Source: Bacteroidota bacterium
Lineage (GTDB): Bacteria > Bacteroidota > Ignavibacteria > SZUA-365
Assembly: GCA_032250495.1 (NCBI GenBank)
Contig: JAVVFP010000001.1
Coordinates: 1-32,273, forward strand
Direction: 5' to 3'
Length of the DNA: 32,273 nucleotides
The notes under the pieces are model-generated. The model made no database searches, was not told the DNA's origin, and was given only the letters and a program-made list of their open reading frames with translations. Below are positions 7,245 through 15,504 of the stretch, in pieces (positions within the stretch are counted from its first letter, which is position 1; each line of letters begins with the position of its first letter). Both the position numbers and the translations under genes were made by a program.

Positions 7245-9350
7245 ATGGCTATGATGACCAAAATGCGCGACAATGCGCACGTTTTCATCGTCGCATTCAT
7301 CGTGGTTTTCGTCGCCTTCTGGGTTATAAGCGACGTCGATCTCGGTTCCATTATGCAGGGGTCCGTCAACGAGATCGGCAATGTCGGCGGTAAATCCATC
7401 ACGTACCAGGAATACCAGGCCGTAGTCGACCGCGTTGCCGAGCAGCGTCGACAGGAGAATGGAGGCCGGGAACTGACCGAAAACGACTTTATGCAGATTC
7501 GCGAGCAGGTCTGGAATGACTTCGTCACCCAGGCAATCGTGGAAAACGCGATAGAGGAATTCGGCATCACCGTCTCCGACCAGGAGATAACCGACTGGGT
7601 ATGGGATCTGCGCAACCCCCCCGAACAGCTGGCCCAGTATTTCATGGACAGCACCGGTCGTTTCAATGCGCAGAATTACGAGCAGTTCCTGCGGAATCCG
7701 GGTCCGGAAAACGAGGAAGCGCTCATCGCCGTAGAGCAGCAGCTCAAGTCCGAACTGCTGCGCTCGAAGCTCACCAACGTGCTCACATCCTCGGTCATCG
7801 TTTCCGAGGAGGACATACGCTGGAAGTACATTGAGAACAACATTGATTTCAATGCCAGCTATGTTTTCTTCGATCCCCGCGTTTTCGCCGCAGGCGACAC
7901 CAGCGAACCGACGGACGCGGAATACAAGGCCTACTACGAGAAGAACAAGGATCGTTTCAAAATCGACGATATGCGCGTCCTGCAATACGTTCTTTTCGCC
8001 GACAGTCCCTCCAAGAGCGATACTGCGGCCATCGTCAATGAGCTGAACACCATTACGAATCTCGTCAGCGAAGGCACGGATTATCTCGAGCTCGTCGAAC
8101 TGAACTCAGAGGTACCCTACGACAGTACCGTGTGGACCACACGGGATAATGTCGCAGAGCCCGTCGCCGAGCAGGCATTTTCGGCTCCGGTCGGCTCCAT
8201 CGTCGGCCCCATTCCCAACGAGACGGGTCTCTCCCTGTTCAAGGTGATGGACGCCCGAGAAGGGGAGAACACGCTGTACAGTGCTTCGCACATTCTGCTG
8301 CGCACCGACGGCGGTCAGGATGACGCGGCACAGAAAGCCAAGGCCGAGGAAGTTCTCGCCCGGGCAAAGTCCGATGAGGATTTCAAAAAACTCGCCGCCA
8401 TGTATTCCGAGGAACCGGGCGCAGCCGAGCGTGGGGGAGCCCTTCCCTGGTTCGGCAAGGGTCGCATGGTAAAGGAATTCGAAGACGCCGTCATGAACGC
8501 CCGCGCCGGTCAGATCGTCGGCCCGGTCAAGACGCAGTTCGGATACCACATCATCAAGGTAAACGGTTCCTCGAAGCGCGAAGTCAAGCTCGCGGAGATT
8601 CGCATGTCCATCCGTGCCGGATCGCGCACGATGGAGGAAATCTTCGAACGCGCCCGCAACTTCGCTTACTTCGCGAATGAAAACGGCTTCGAAGCGGAAG
8701 CGGAGGCGCAGGGACTCCAGGTTCAGGAGACCCCCGAGTTCGCGCGCCAGACAGGATCTTACGTCCCCGGCATTGGCACAAGTCCGGCGATGCTGCGTTT
8801 CGCTTTCGAGAACAGCGTCGGTGACATAAGTGAAGTACACCGTGCTAGTGGCGGCTATGTCGTAGCCATGATCGCGGACGAACGCGATGCCGGCTATCGT
8901 CCCCTCGACGAGGTTCGGGATCAGATCCGCGCACAGGTGGTATATGAGCGTCAGATCGAAAAAACGCATGAAATCGCCCGCCAGGTCGCCGGTAGCGGCA
9001 AGTCGCTCGAGGCTATCGCCGGAAGCGATCCGAAACTCAACGTGACAACGCCACCGCCCTTCAAGCTGCAGAACGGCATCCCCAATATCGGGCCCGACCA
9101 GGCCTTCATCGGTCGCCTTCTGAAACTGAACGTCGGTCAGATGACCGAACCGTTCCGCGGTCTTCGTGGCATTTACGTCGCGAAACTCGATGCGAAATCC
9201 GCCTTCGACGAAACCGCTTACAAAGTCAAGAAGGACGAACTGCGCAAGCAGCAGCTTTCCAGCCTGCAGAACGAGTTCATTCAGTCGTGGATCGAGCAGA
9301 AGCGGGACGACATCGAAATCGTTGACAACCGCTATCGTTTCTTCCGCTGA
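7245..9350 (+). CDS. ppiD: periplasmic chaperone / peptidyl-prolyl isomerase, PpiD-like (SurA-N plus parvulin domain)
   Basis: It has an N-terminal membrane anchor (AHVFIVAFIVVFVAFWVISDV). A parvulin rotamase domain is present: ASHILL....EEPGAAERGGALPWFGKGRMVKEFEDAV....GQIVGPVKTQFGYHIIKV. The 701-aa length matches PpiD-type proteins. Confidence 0.85.
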   Translation: MAMMTKMRDNAHVFIVAFIVVFVAFWVISDVDLGSIMQGSVNEIGNVGGKSITYQEYQAVVDRVAEQRRQENGGRELTENDFMQIREQVWNDFVTQAIVENAIEEFGITVSDQEITDWVWDLRNPPEQLAQYFMDSTGRFNAQNYEQFLRNPGPENEEALIAVEQQLKSELLRSKLTNVLTSSVIVSEEDIRWKYIENNIDFNASYVFFDPRVFAAGDTSEPTDAEYKAYYEKNKDRFKIDDMRVLQYVLFADSPSKSDTAAIVNELNTITNLVSEGTDYLELVELNSEVPYDSTVWTTRDNVAEPVAEQAFSAPVGSIVGPIPNETGLSLFKVMDAREGENTLYSASHILLRTDGGQDDAAQKAKAEEVLARAKSDEDFKKLAAMYSEEPGAAERGGALPWFGKGRMVKEFEDAVMNARAGQIVGPVKTQFGYHIIKVNGSSKREVKLAEIRMSIRAGSRTMEEIFERARNFAYFANENGFEAEAEAQGLQVQETPEFARQTGSYVPGIGTSPAMLRFAFENSVGDISEVHRASGGYVVAMIADERDAGYRPLDEVRDQIRAQVVYERQIEKTHEIARQVAGSGKSLEAIAGSDPKLNVTTPPPFKLQNGIPNIGPDQAFIGRLLKLNVGQMTEPFRGLRGIYVAKLDAKSAFDETAYKVKKDELRKQQLSSLQNEFIQSWIEQKRDDIEIVDNRYRFFR

Positions 9351-9415
9351 TCCCCGCGGAACTTTTCGGCCGTTCTTCCCATTGTCAGGAATAGCGAAGA
9401 TCTGCTGAATACGAA

Positions 9416-10153
9416 TTGAGGAAAAGCATGCAAATCCCCCGGTGGAGTCATACGTATACCGTACTGCGCCGGGGGATTTTCTTATCCGTCCTTCTTATAC
9501 TTCCGTGCCGCGAGGCGCTGGTCTCGCAGCCACGGCTGCACGCGATTTCCGTTTCCGCGGGACTGATAGAAGATTCGCGCATCTTCGTTTCCCCGCAATC
9601 ACCCGATCCGGTCGAGAGGCAGCGCACTACCAACCTCGGTGCGACCACGGGCTACGGCGCCAGTTATCGCTACCGCCTGTACCAATCCGTCACACTGCAG
9701 CTGCACGGCGAATTCGTGCATACGCGCAGCAGCTCACGTGATTTGGCCGGGACGCGAATGGAGAACGGTTTCGATATCTGGCTGCTGGAAGTGGCCGGTA
9801 TGTTTTCACTTCCGTTCAGCTCCGACCGCTTCGAGATGTATGTGGGAGGCGGAGCGGGAGTGTATGTCGGACGCCGCAGTTATGCGGTCGCGGACGCCAT
9901 ATCGGAAACAGTATCAGCTGTTCCCGCATTCGGCATACATATTCTGGTGGGGGCGGAATACCTGTTGACGCGCCATCTGGGCATTCGCGCCGACGTTGTC
10001 TTCCGTGATCCCCAGATGTCCGTCGAGAACCGTTTTCGTCAGTCCTCGGTGACCGCCAATGGTATCGTGTACGAACTCGGGACCGCACCATTTCTCTCAC
10101 ATGTCAACCTCAACGGAAACATCTACTCCCTGGGAGTTTCCTGGCACTTCTGA
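9416..10153 (+). CDS. hypothetical outer-membrane beta-barrel protein
   Basis: It has a hydrophobic N-terminal signal-like segment (GIFLSVLLILP), a repeated amphipathic strand pattern, and a C-terminal ..YSLGVSWHF (terminal Phe). The start is TTG 9416 or ATG 9428. Confidence 0.6.
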   Translation: MRKSMQIPRWSHTYTVLRRGIFLSVLLILPCREALVSQPRLHAISVSAGLIEDSRIFVSPQSPDPVERQRTTNLGATTGYGASYRYRLYQSVTLQLHGEFVHTRSSSRDLAGTRMENGFDIWLLEVAGMFSLPFSSDRFEMYVGGGAGVYVGRRSYAVADAISETVSAVPAFGIHILVGAEYLLTRHLGIRADVVFRDPQMSVENRFRQSSVTANGIVYELGTAPFLSHVNLNGNIYSLGVSWHF

Positions 10154-10183
10154 CCGGCCGCGCACTGGCGGCAGCATTTCCCC

Positions 10184-11815
10184 TTACATTTTTTCCGGCG
10201 CCGCAATCCCGATAATGGAAAAACCGTTCGCCAACACCTGACGTGCTGCCTGGCAGAGCGCGATGCGCGCAGTGCTGAGTTCCCTGTCCTCGGTCACGAC
10301 GCGGCAATCATGGTAAAACCTGTGGAACGCCGTCGCCACGCCGTGCAGGTAGGTACAGATATGCTGTGTCTCGTAGGTGCGTGCGGAGAGCTGTATGATG
10401 TCCCCGAAGCGCAGCAGCTCTTTTATCAGCGCAGTCTCCGACTCGTGCGTCAGCAGTTCGAGTTTCGCCGCGCCACCTGCGGACATGCCTTCGCTTTCCG
10501 CGAAACGCAAGATGCTTGCAATGCGTGCATGGGCGTACTGCAGGTAATACACCGGGTTGTTCTCGCTCTGCTCCTGCGCGAGACGGATGTCGAATTCCAG
10601 ATGTGAACTGGCACCGCGCATGATGAAAAAATAGCGGACCGCATCGCTGCCGACATCATCGATCAGCTCGTCGAGCGAATAGACATTGCCGGAGCGTTTG
10701 CTCATCTTCACCGTTTCCCCTTCGTTGACGAAACTCACCATCTGGTGTATGATGACGTCGACATGGTCGGTGGAGAGACCGAAGGAACGCACCGCGGCAA
10801 GGACATCGGGAATGGTGGCGATGTGATCAGCGCCGAAGATATCTATGATGCGGTCATAACCGCGGAGAATCTTGTCCTTGTGATACGCAATGTCGGGAAG
10901 GCGATAGGTCGGTTCCCCGCTGCTCTTTACAATCACCCGGTCCTTGTCCGCACCGAACTCCGTGCTTTTCAGCCACACAGCGTCATCCTTGTCATAGGCC
11001 AGTCCGTTCTCGCGGAGGTCTGCAAGCACTGCGTCAATTTTCCCATCCCTGTAGAGGCTGTCCTCGTTGAAAAACACGTCATGCTTGACCTGCAGCCGCT
11101 TCAGCGTCTCCTGTATGGTCGCGAAGCACCAGGTCTCTCCCGCCGTGCGAAAGAAATCGAGATCAGCCTCCATTTTCGCATCGCCGTGCGCATCGGCAAT
11201 ATTCCGTGCAATATCACGAATGTAATCCCCGGCGTAATGCACGTTTTCCTCGCTTTCCTTTTCACCGAACAGCGCCCGGTAGCGCTCGCGCACGGTGATG
11301 GCGAGGTTTTGCATCTGGTTTCCGGCATTGTTGAAGTAGTATTCCCGCGTCACCTTCCATCCGGTGCGTTCCAGCAGCGCACAGACGGTCTCCCCGATGC
11401 ACACCTGCCTCCCATGTCCGGCATGCAATGGTCCCGTAGGATTTGCGCTCACCCATTCGACGTTGACCGTCCTTCCTCCATGCAGGTCTGTCGCGCCGTA
11501 GCGATCCCGCTGCTCCAGGATATAGGAGACGCCTGCGTAGAGGTGATCAACGGAAAAACGGAAATTGATGAATCCCGGGCCGGCGATCTCAACGGCCGCA
11601 ATTTTCCCGCTGTCGAGTTCAAGCCTGTCGACGAGATCCTGTGCTATCTGGCGGGGATTTTTTTTTGCGACGCGCGAGAGAGTCATGGCCACATTCGTGG
11701 AGAGATCCCCGTGATCGGCGATTTTTGGTTTTTCGAACTGTATGTCTGCTGAAGCGGGGTCGAAGCCGAGAGCGGCAAGAGCCGTCTCGATGCACTGTTT
11801 CAGGTATTGTTTCAT
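10184..11815 (-). CDS. argS: arginine--tRNA ligase
   Basis: Class I signatures are present: SANPTGPLHAGHGR (HIGH) and KMSKRSG (KMSKS). An Arg-tRNA-synthetase N-terminal domain and a DALR-type C-terminus ending ..APEKM complete the match. The product is 543 aa. Confidence 0.95.
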   Translation of the reverse strand: MKQYLKQCIETALAALGFDPASADIQFEKPKIADHGDLSTNVAMTLSRVAKKNPRQIAQDLVDRLELDSGKIAAVEIAGPGFINFRFSVDHLYAGVSYILEQRDRYGATDLHGGRTVNVEWVSANPTGPLHAGHGRQVCIGETVCALLERTGWKVTREYYFNNAGNQMQNLAITVRERYRALFGEKESEENVHYAGDYIRDIARNIADAHGDAKMEADLDFFRTAGETWCFATIQETLKRLQVKHDVFFNEDSLYRDGKIDAVLADLRENGLAYDKDDAVWLKSTEFGADKDRVIVKSSGEPTYRLPDIAYHKDKILRGYDRIIDIFGADHIATIPDVLAAVRSFGLSTDHVDVIIHQMVSFVNEGETVKMSKRSGNVYSLDELIDDVGSDAVRYFFIMRGASSHLEFDIRLAQEQSENNPVYYLQYAHARIASILRFAESEGMSAGGAAKLELLTHESETALIKELLRFGDIIQLSARTYETQHICTYLHGVATAFHRFYHDCRVVTEDRELSTARIALCQAARQVLANGFSIIGIAAPEKM

Positions 11816-11854
11816 ATGATGTCGGCCGGGGAGAAATCAGTTACTGGATGAGTA

Positions 11855-12202
11855 TCAGTCGTCTTTCACGCGCGTGACCGGGGCATCTCCCCAGAGCCGT
11901 TCGATGTCGTAGTACGCGCGGGTTTTCGGCGTGAAGACGTGGACGACCACATCGACGAAGTCGAGAAGAACCCATTGGAGATTCTCGAATCCTTCCTTGC
12001 GCCACACCTTGGATCCGCGTTCGCGCGTCCCGTCGACCACGGCATCAGCAATCGCCTTCACCTGCGTATCCGATTCACCGCTGCAGATCACAAAAAAATT
12101 TGTCACGTCCGATAAGCCGGTCAAATCCAGCACCAGCACATCCTGGGCTTTCTTTGTCAATGTCAGTTCCGCCGCATGGCGGGCGAGTTCTTTTGCTTCC
12201 AC
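11855..12202 (-). CDS. rsfS: ribosome silencing factor RsfS (iojap family)
   Basis: The 115-aa product carries LVLDL...S.VTNFFVICSG.S..QVKAIAD and W.LLDF.DVVVHVF....R.YY.IE.LW, the characteristic RsfS/iojap pattern. Confidence 0.9.
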   Translation of the reverse strand: MEAKELARHAAELTLTKKAQDVLVLDLTGLSDVTNFFVICSGESDTQVKAIADAVVDGTRERGSKVWRKEGFENLQWVLLDFVDVVVHVFTPKTRAYYDIERLWGDAPVTRVKDD

Positions 12203-12223
12203 AGCGATCCTGTTTCGTGAGCG

Positions 12224-12697
12224 TTATTCCGAGGGCCTGAGTTTCTCGTAGTCGCGTCCTATGACCACGGAAACGTTCAAATAATAATCGGGATTTATCT
12301 GCTGTACGATGTTGCTTTCATCTATGCCCAGCGCATAGGCGACTTTTCGGGCTGCGGCGAGATCGCCGGTACGGTCGATGACGAGCGATTGCTCGACGTC
12401 GAAGGTCTTGTAATTTGAAGACTGCACGACATCAAAATTGCGCTTGCGCAGAAAATCCGTGAAATCCTGCGCGATGCCTGAAACGCCGCAGCCATTGAGC
12501 ACATCCAGCTGAATGATCTCGCCGGAAGCATCCCCCTTGTTCGCGTTCTCCGTCTTCCAGTCCACCGGCTTGTTCACGATGGAATTCGTGATGAATGAAT
12601 ACAGAAGGAAAAAGACGACGACGCTCAGAAGCGCGATGAGAATATTGAGAAAGAGGCTTTTCGGACTCAGTTGCTTTTTCTTGTTGACCCTTGTCAT
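12224..12697 (-). CDS. membrane-anchored LytR_C domain protein
   Basis: A TM segment (LNILIALLSVVVFFLLYSFI) is followed by VLNG.G.SG.A......L....F.V......N......S.V.., as in the LytR cell-envelope-related C-terminal domain. I prefer the start at MTRVNKKK (12697), because the longer ORF (to 12775) would overlap the upstream gene. Confidence 0.7.
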   Translation of the reverse strand: MTRVNKKKQLSPKSLFLNILIALLSVVVFFLLYSFITNSIVNKPVDWKTENANKGDASGEIIQLDVLNGCGVSGIAQDFTDFLRKRNFDVVQSSNYKTFDVEQSLVIDRTGDLAAARKVAYALGIDESNIVQQINPDYYLNVSVVIGRDYEKLRPSE

Positions 12698-12761
12698 ACC
12701 CAAATATACGAAAAAAAGCCGAGCACAAGACCCGGCTTCCATCTCTGTCGTCAATCGTTCC

Positions 12762-13277
12762 CTACCATTCGTCATCCCCGAAGGACGGGAAAAGTCCCAC
12801 GCTGTTGTACATCCCGTACCGACCGTAGCCGCCGTCGTACGGGTTGTACGTCCCGTAGGGATAGGCGCGGTACTGAAGGCTGATTTTCATATCCTTGCGC
12901 GGCTCATAATCTATGCTTGCGCGGCGGAGAAAGACGCCGGAAATGTCGTTCTTGAACATCTGGCTCGCAGAACCGAAGGGAGAAAACATCATCGATATGT
13001 CGGCACGAACGGAAAGTGGCTCAGAAATCCGGTAACGCAGACTGTTCGTGTACATGGAAACACCGAGCCCCTGATCTCCCATCATTCCGTAACTCAAAGA
13101 AAGGCTGTGGCGCATCTGAAGGTTCTCCGGGTGGAAAAAACCCAGAATGGCGCCACCGCTCTCCTGGTAGACACCTTCGGCCACCGAAGGTCTGCGTGGC
13201 TCCTCGCCGCGAAACTGTGCCGGGAGCAGCATCGGGAAGAGGAGAAGCAGGAATAGTGGAGGGATAATGCGCTTCAT
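12762..13277 (-). CDS. hypothetical small secreted protein
   Basis: The internal Met at 13277 gives a clean signal peptide (MKRIIPPLFLLLLFPMLLPAQ). The Gly/Tyr-rich C-terminus is YPYGTYNPYDGGYGRYGMY. No family was recognised. Confidence 0.55.
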   Translation of the reverse strand: MKRIIPPLFLLLLFPMLLPAQFRGEEPRRPSVAEGVYQESGGAILGFFHPENLQMRHSLSLSYGMMGDQGLGVSMYTNSLRYRISEPLSVRADISMMFSPFGSASQMFKNDISGVFLRRASIDYEPRKDMKISLQYRAYPYGTYNPYDGGYGRYGMYNSVGLFPSFGDDEW

Positions 13278-13486
13278 GGAAAACCATCTTTGTCCAGAAA
13301 AACAGTACTGAATTCTACGCAGCCGGGTGATAAAAAACAAGTCACACAGGCGTCACACGCGCACGCGCGCAGGCGACAAACGCCAGGCACTGCACGGCAG
13401 AAAAAACTTCGAAAAATTATTCCACCGTAAGTCTTTACGTTGCGTGTACTTTGAAAAAATCAAGTCCCGAACGAAATATTTTCATA

Positions 13487-13515
13487 TTGAAATTCACTTC
13501 CGCGGTCTCTATACT
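13487..13515 (+). promoter_or_regulatory. candidate sigma70-type promoter upstream of dnaA
   Basis: TTGAAA (13487-13492), an exact 17-nt spacer and TATACT (13510-13515) are read directly from the sequence. A perfect DnaA box lies about 28 nt downstream of the -10 element. It is unknown whether this organism uses E. coli-type -35/-10 elements. Confidence 0.35.
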
Positions 13516-13542
13516 AGTCCACATCCACAGAGCGTTTTTCAT

Positions 13543-13551
13543 TGTGGATAA
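13543..13551 (-). promoter_or_regulatory. perfect DnaA box (TGTGGATAA, the reverse complement of TTATCCACA) upstream of dnaA
   Basis: This is an exact 9-mer match to the consensus. Degenerate boxes lie nearby: acatccaca (13521-13529) and atatccata (about 13573-13581). Confidence 0.7.
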
Positions 13552-13789
13552 GTTGTGAGTAACACCCGTTGATATCCATACACGGCGTCGCATCCGGTTC
13601 CTGTCGGCCACATTCCCGCCGCGTAACCACGAGACACCTCTGTCTATTTTTTTCTAAGACACGTTAAACAAAGGATTTAGCGCGATACGCGCCGAATTCT
13701 GTGGGGTGTTGTGTTTTCTCTCCGGAAACGGCCGATTCGTGTCAATAATAATGACTCCTCATCTGAAATCTGTGAATAACTCCTTGCCC

Positions 13790-15217
13790 ATGAACGTCCT
13801 CACCGAGACTCCCGCGGTCACTGCCTGGAAAGACTGCCTCGAATTCGTCAAACCGCAGCTCAAACCACTGACGTTCAAAACCTGGTTCGAACCCATTATT
13901 CCGACAAGCCTCGAAGGGGGGCTCCTCACCGTGGAGGTTCCCAGCACATACTTCTACGAGTGGCTCGAGGAGCATTATTTCGACCTCATCCAGGCTGCAC
14001 TTTTCGACGTCCTGGGTCAGGACGCGAAGCTGCAGTACGCGGTGAAAGTTCCGCGAGACGATGGTGCATATTACACGCTGGAACACAACCCTTACCCCGT
14101 GGGCGGAGACGGGCAGCCGGAGAAGACGAACGGCGGCATGCGTTCATATGTGCAGCAGCCCCAGTTGAAGCGGGAAGAGCCGTTCATCACCAATCTCAAC
14201 CCTAAATTCACCTTCGAGAGTTTCATCCGCGGGGACGGCAACCAGTTCGCGCGTGCGGCTGCGCTCAATGTCGCGAACAACGCCGGGGAAACCGCTTTCA
14301 ACCCTCTGGTGCTCTATGGAGGAGTCGGGCTGGGAAAAACGCATCTCATTCAGGCCATCGGCAACTACGTCTCAATGAACAATCCCCGCAAGCGCGTCTA
14401 TTATGTCAGCAGCGAGAAATTCACCATTGATTTCGTGGAAGCGATAGAGAAGAACAACACGATAGATTTTTCCAACTTCTACCGAAGCATGGATGTTCTC
14501 ATCGTCGACGACATCCAGTTTTTTTCCGGAAAGGAGCGCACGCAGGATACATTTTTTCACACGTTCAACACCCTGCACCAGCTCAAGAAGCAGATAATCC
14601 TCTCTTCCGATCGTCCGCCGAAAGATCTTGTCGGACTCGACGAGCGCCTCATCTCCCGTTTCCAGTGCGGATTGACGGTCGATGTGCAGCCACCGGATCT
14701 CGAAACCCGCATTGCCATCCTGAGAAAAAAGGCGGAAGGGGACCACATCGATATTCCACAGGATGTCATCGAGTTCATCGCCTCGAACGTAAAATCCAAT
14801 ATCCGCGAACTCGAGGGCTGTTACATAGGACTGATCGCCCGGCATACGCTGGAACAATGCGAGCTTGACGTAGCCCTGGCGGAAAAAGTGCTCAGGAACG
14901 TCATCGATTCAGAGAAAAAGGATATCACCGTCGAGCAGATCCAGAAAATGGTGGCCGATCACTTCAAGATTTCAGAGAATTCGCTGCGCGCCAAAACCCG
15001 GAAGCAGGAAATTGTGCTTCCGCGCCAGGTCGCGATGTTCCTTTCAAAAAATCTGACGCGTGCTTCTCTCAAGACAATAGGCCTTCATTTCGGTGGCCGC
15101 GATCACAGCACCATCATCCATGCGTACAAGACAATTGAAAAAGCAATGGAGCAGGATGACAGTCTGCGTTCTCACGTAGAGCACCTGGAAAAGCAGATAT
15201 CCTACATATCGCGCTGA
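13790..15217 (+). CDS. dnaA: chromosomal replication initiator protein DnaA
   Basis: The match includes Walker A (GGVGLGKTHL), Walker B (LIVDDIQF), sensor motifs and the C-terminal DNA-binding HTH (..PRQVAMFLSK.LT..SL..IG..FGGRDHSTIIHAYK.I). I prefer the start at MNVLTE.. (13790, 475 aa). Upstream in-frame starts at 13751 and 13706 are possible. Confidence 0.95.
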   Translation: MNVLTETPAVTAWKDCLEFVKPQLKPLTFKTWFEPIIPTSLEGGLLTVEVPSTYFYEWLEEHYFDLIQAALFDVLGQDAKLQYAVKVPRDDGAYYTLEHNPYPVGGDGQPEKTNGGMRSYVQQPQLKREEPFITNLNPKFTFESFIRGDGNQFARAAALNVANNAGETAFNPLVLYGGVGLGKTHLIQAIGNYVSMNNPRKRVYYVSSEKFTIDFVEAIEKNNTIDFSNFYRSMDVLIVDDIQFFSGKERTQDTFFHTFNTLHQLKKQIILSSDRPPKDLVGLDERLISRFQCGLTVDVQPPDLETRIAILRKKAEGDHIDIPQDVIEFIASNVKSNIRELEGCYIGLIARHTLEQCELDVALAEKVLRNVIDSEKKDITVEQIQKMVADHFKISENSLRAKTRKQEIVLPRQVAMFLSKNLTRASLKTIGLHFGGRDHSTIIHAYKTIEKAMEQDDSLRSHVEHLEKQISYISR

Positions 15218-15504
15218 CCTCTCCACAAACGGTGGAATACCCTGTGGATAACGAAAGAAGGCAACCTCCCAACTGTGGAAAGTTGCCTTCTTTCGTTTAT
15301 ACTCTTCACGCGCATTGCGCCGAAGTTATCCACACACAAGAGGCACACAGCTTGTGCACATCAAGTTTTTCATGAGAATAAATCCAGTTATCTGCTTTCA
15401 CTGCAACACTTACCTCCCAGTATGCGGACTTATCCACATATCCACATGACTAACAACAATAACATATTTTTTCCATGAGAAATGAATGTGAATATAATTA
15501 GGAC
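15218..15504. other. candidate oriC (DnaA-box cluster plus AT-rich unwinding region) between dnaA and glnD
   Basis: Perfect boxes are tgtggataa (15243-15251), ttatccaca (15326-15334) and ttatccaca (15430-15438). A one-mismatch box, atatccaca, lies at 15438-15446. Two-mismatch boxes lie at 15218-15226, 15274-15282 and 15504-15512. A strongly AT-rich tract at about 15447-15500 (aacaacaataacatattttttcc..gaatataatta) stands out in an otherwise GC-rich genome. Confidence 0.7.
15252..15300 (+). terminator. dnaA terminator-like hairpin
   Basis: A perfect 14-bp stem, cgaaagaaggcaac (15252-15265) with gttgccttctttcg (15282-15295), encloses a 16-nt loop and is followed by tttat. The T tract is weak. 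Confidence 0.55.

Noticed and set aside
13327-13551. A 74-aa ORF in the gap upstream of dnaA, and a 67-aa ORF (15275-15478) in the gap downstream
   Set aside because: Both lie in AT-rich regions that contain DnaA boxes, have odd basic compositions and lack an RBS. They are more parsimoniously non-coding origin or promoter DNA.
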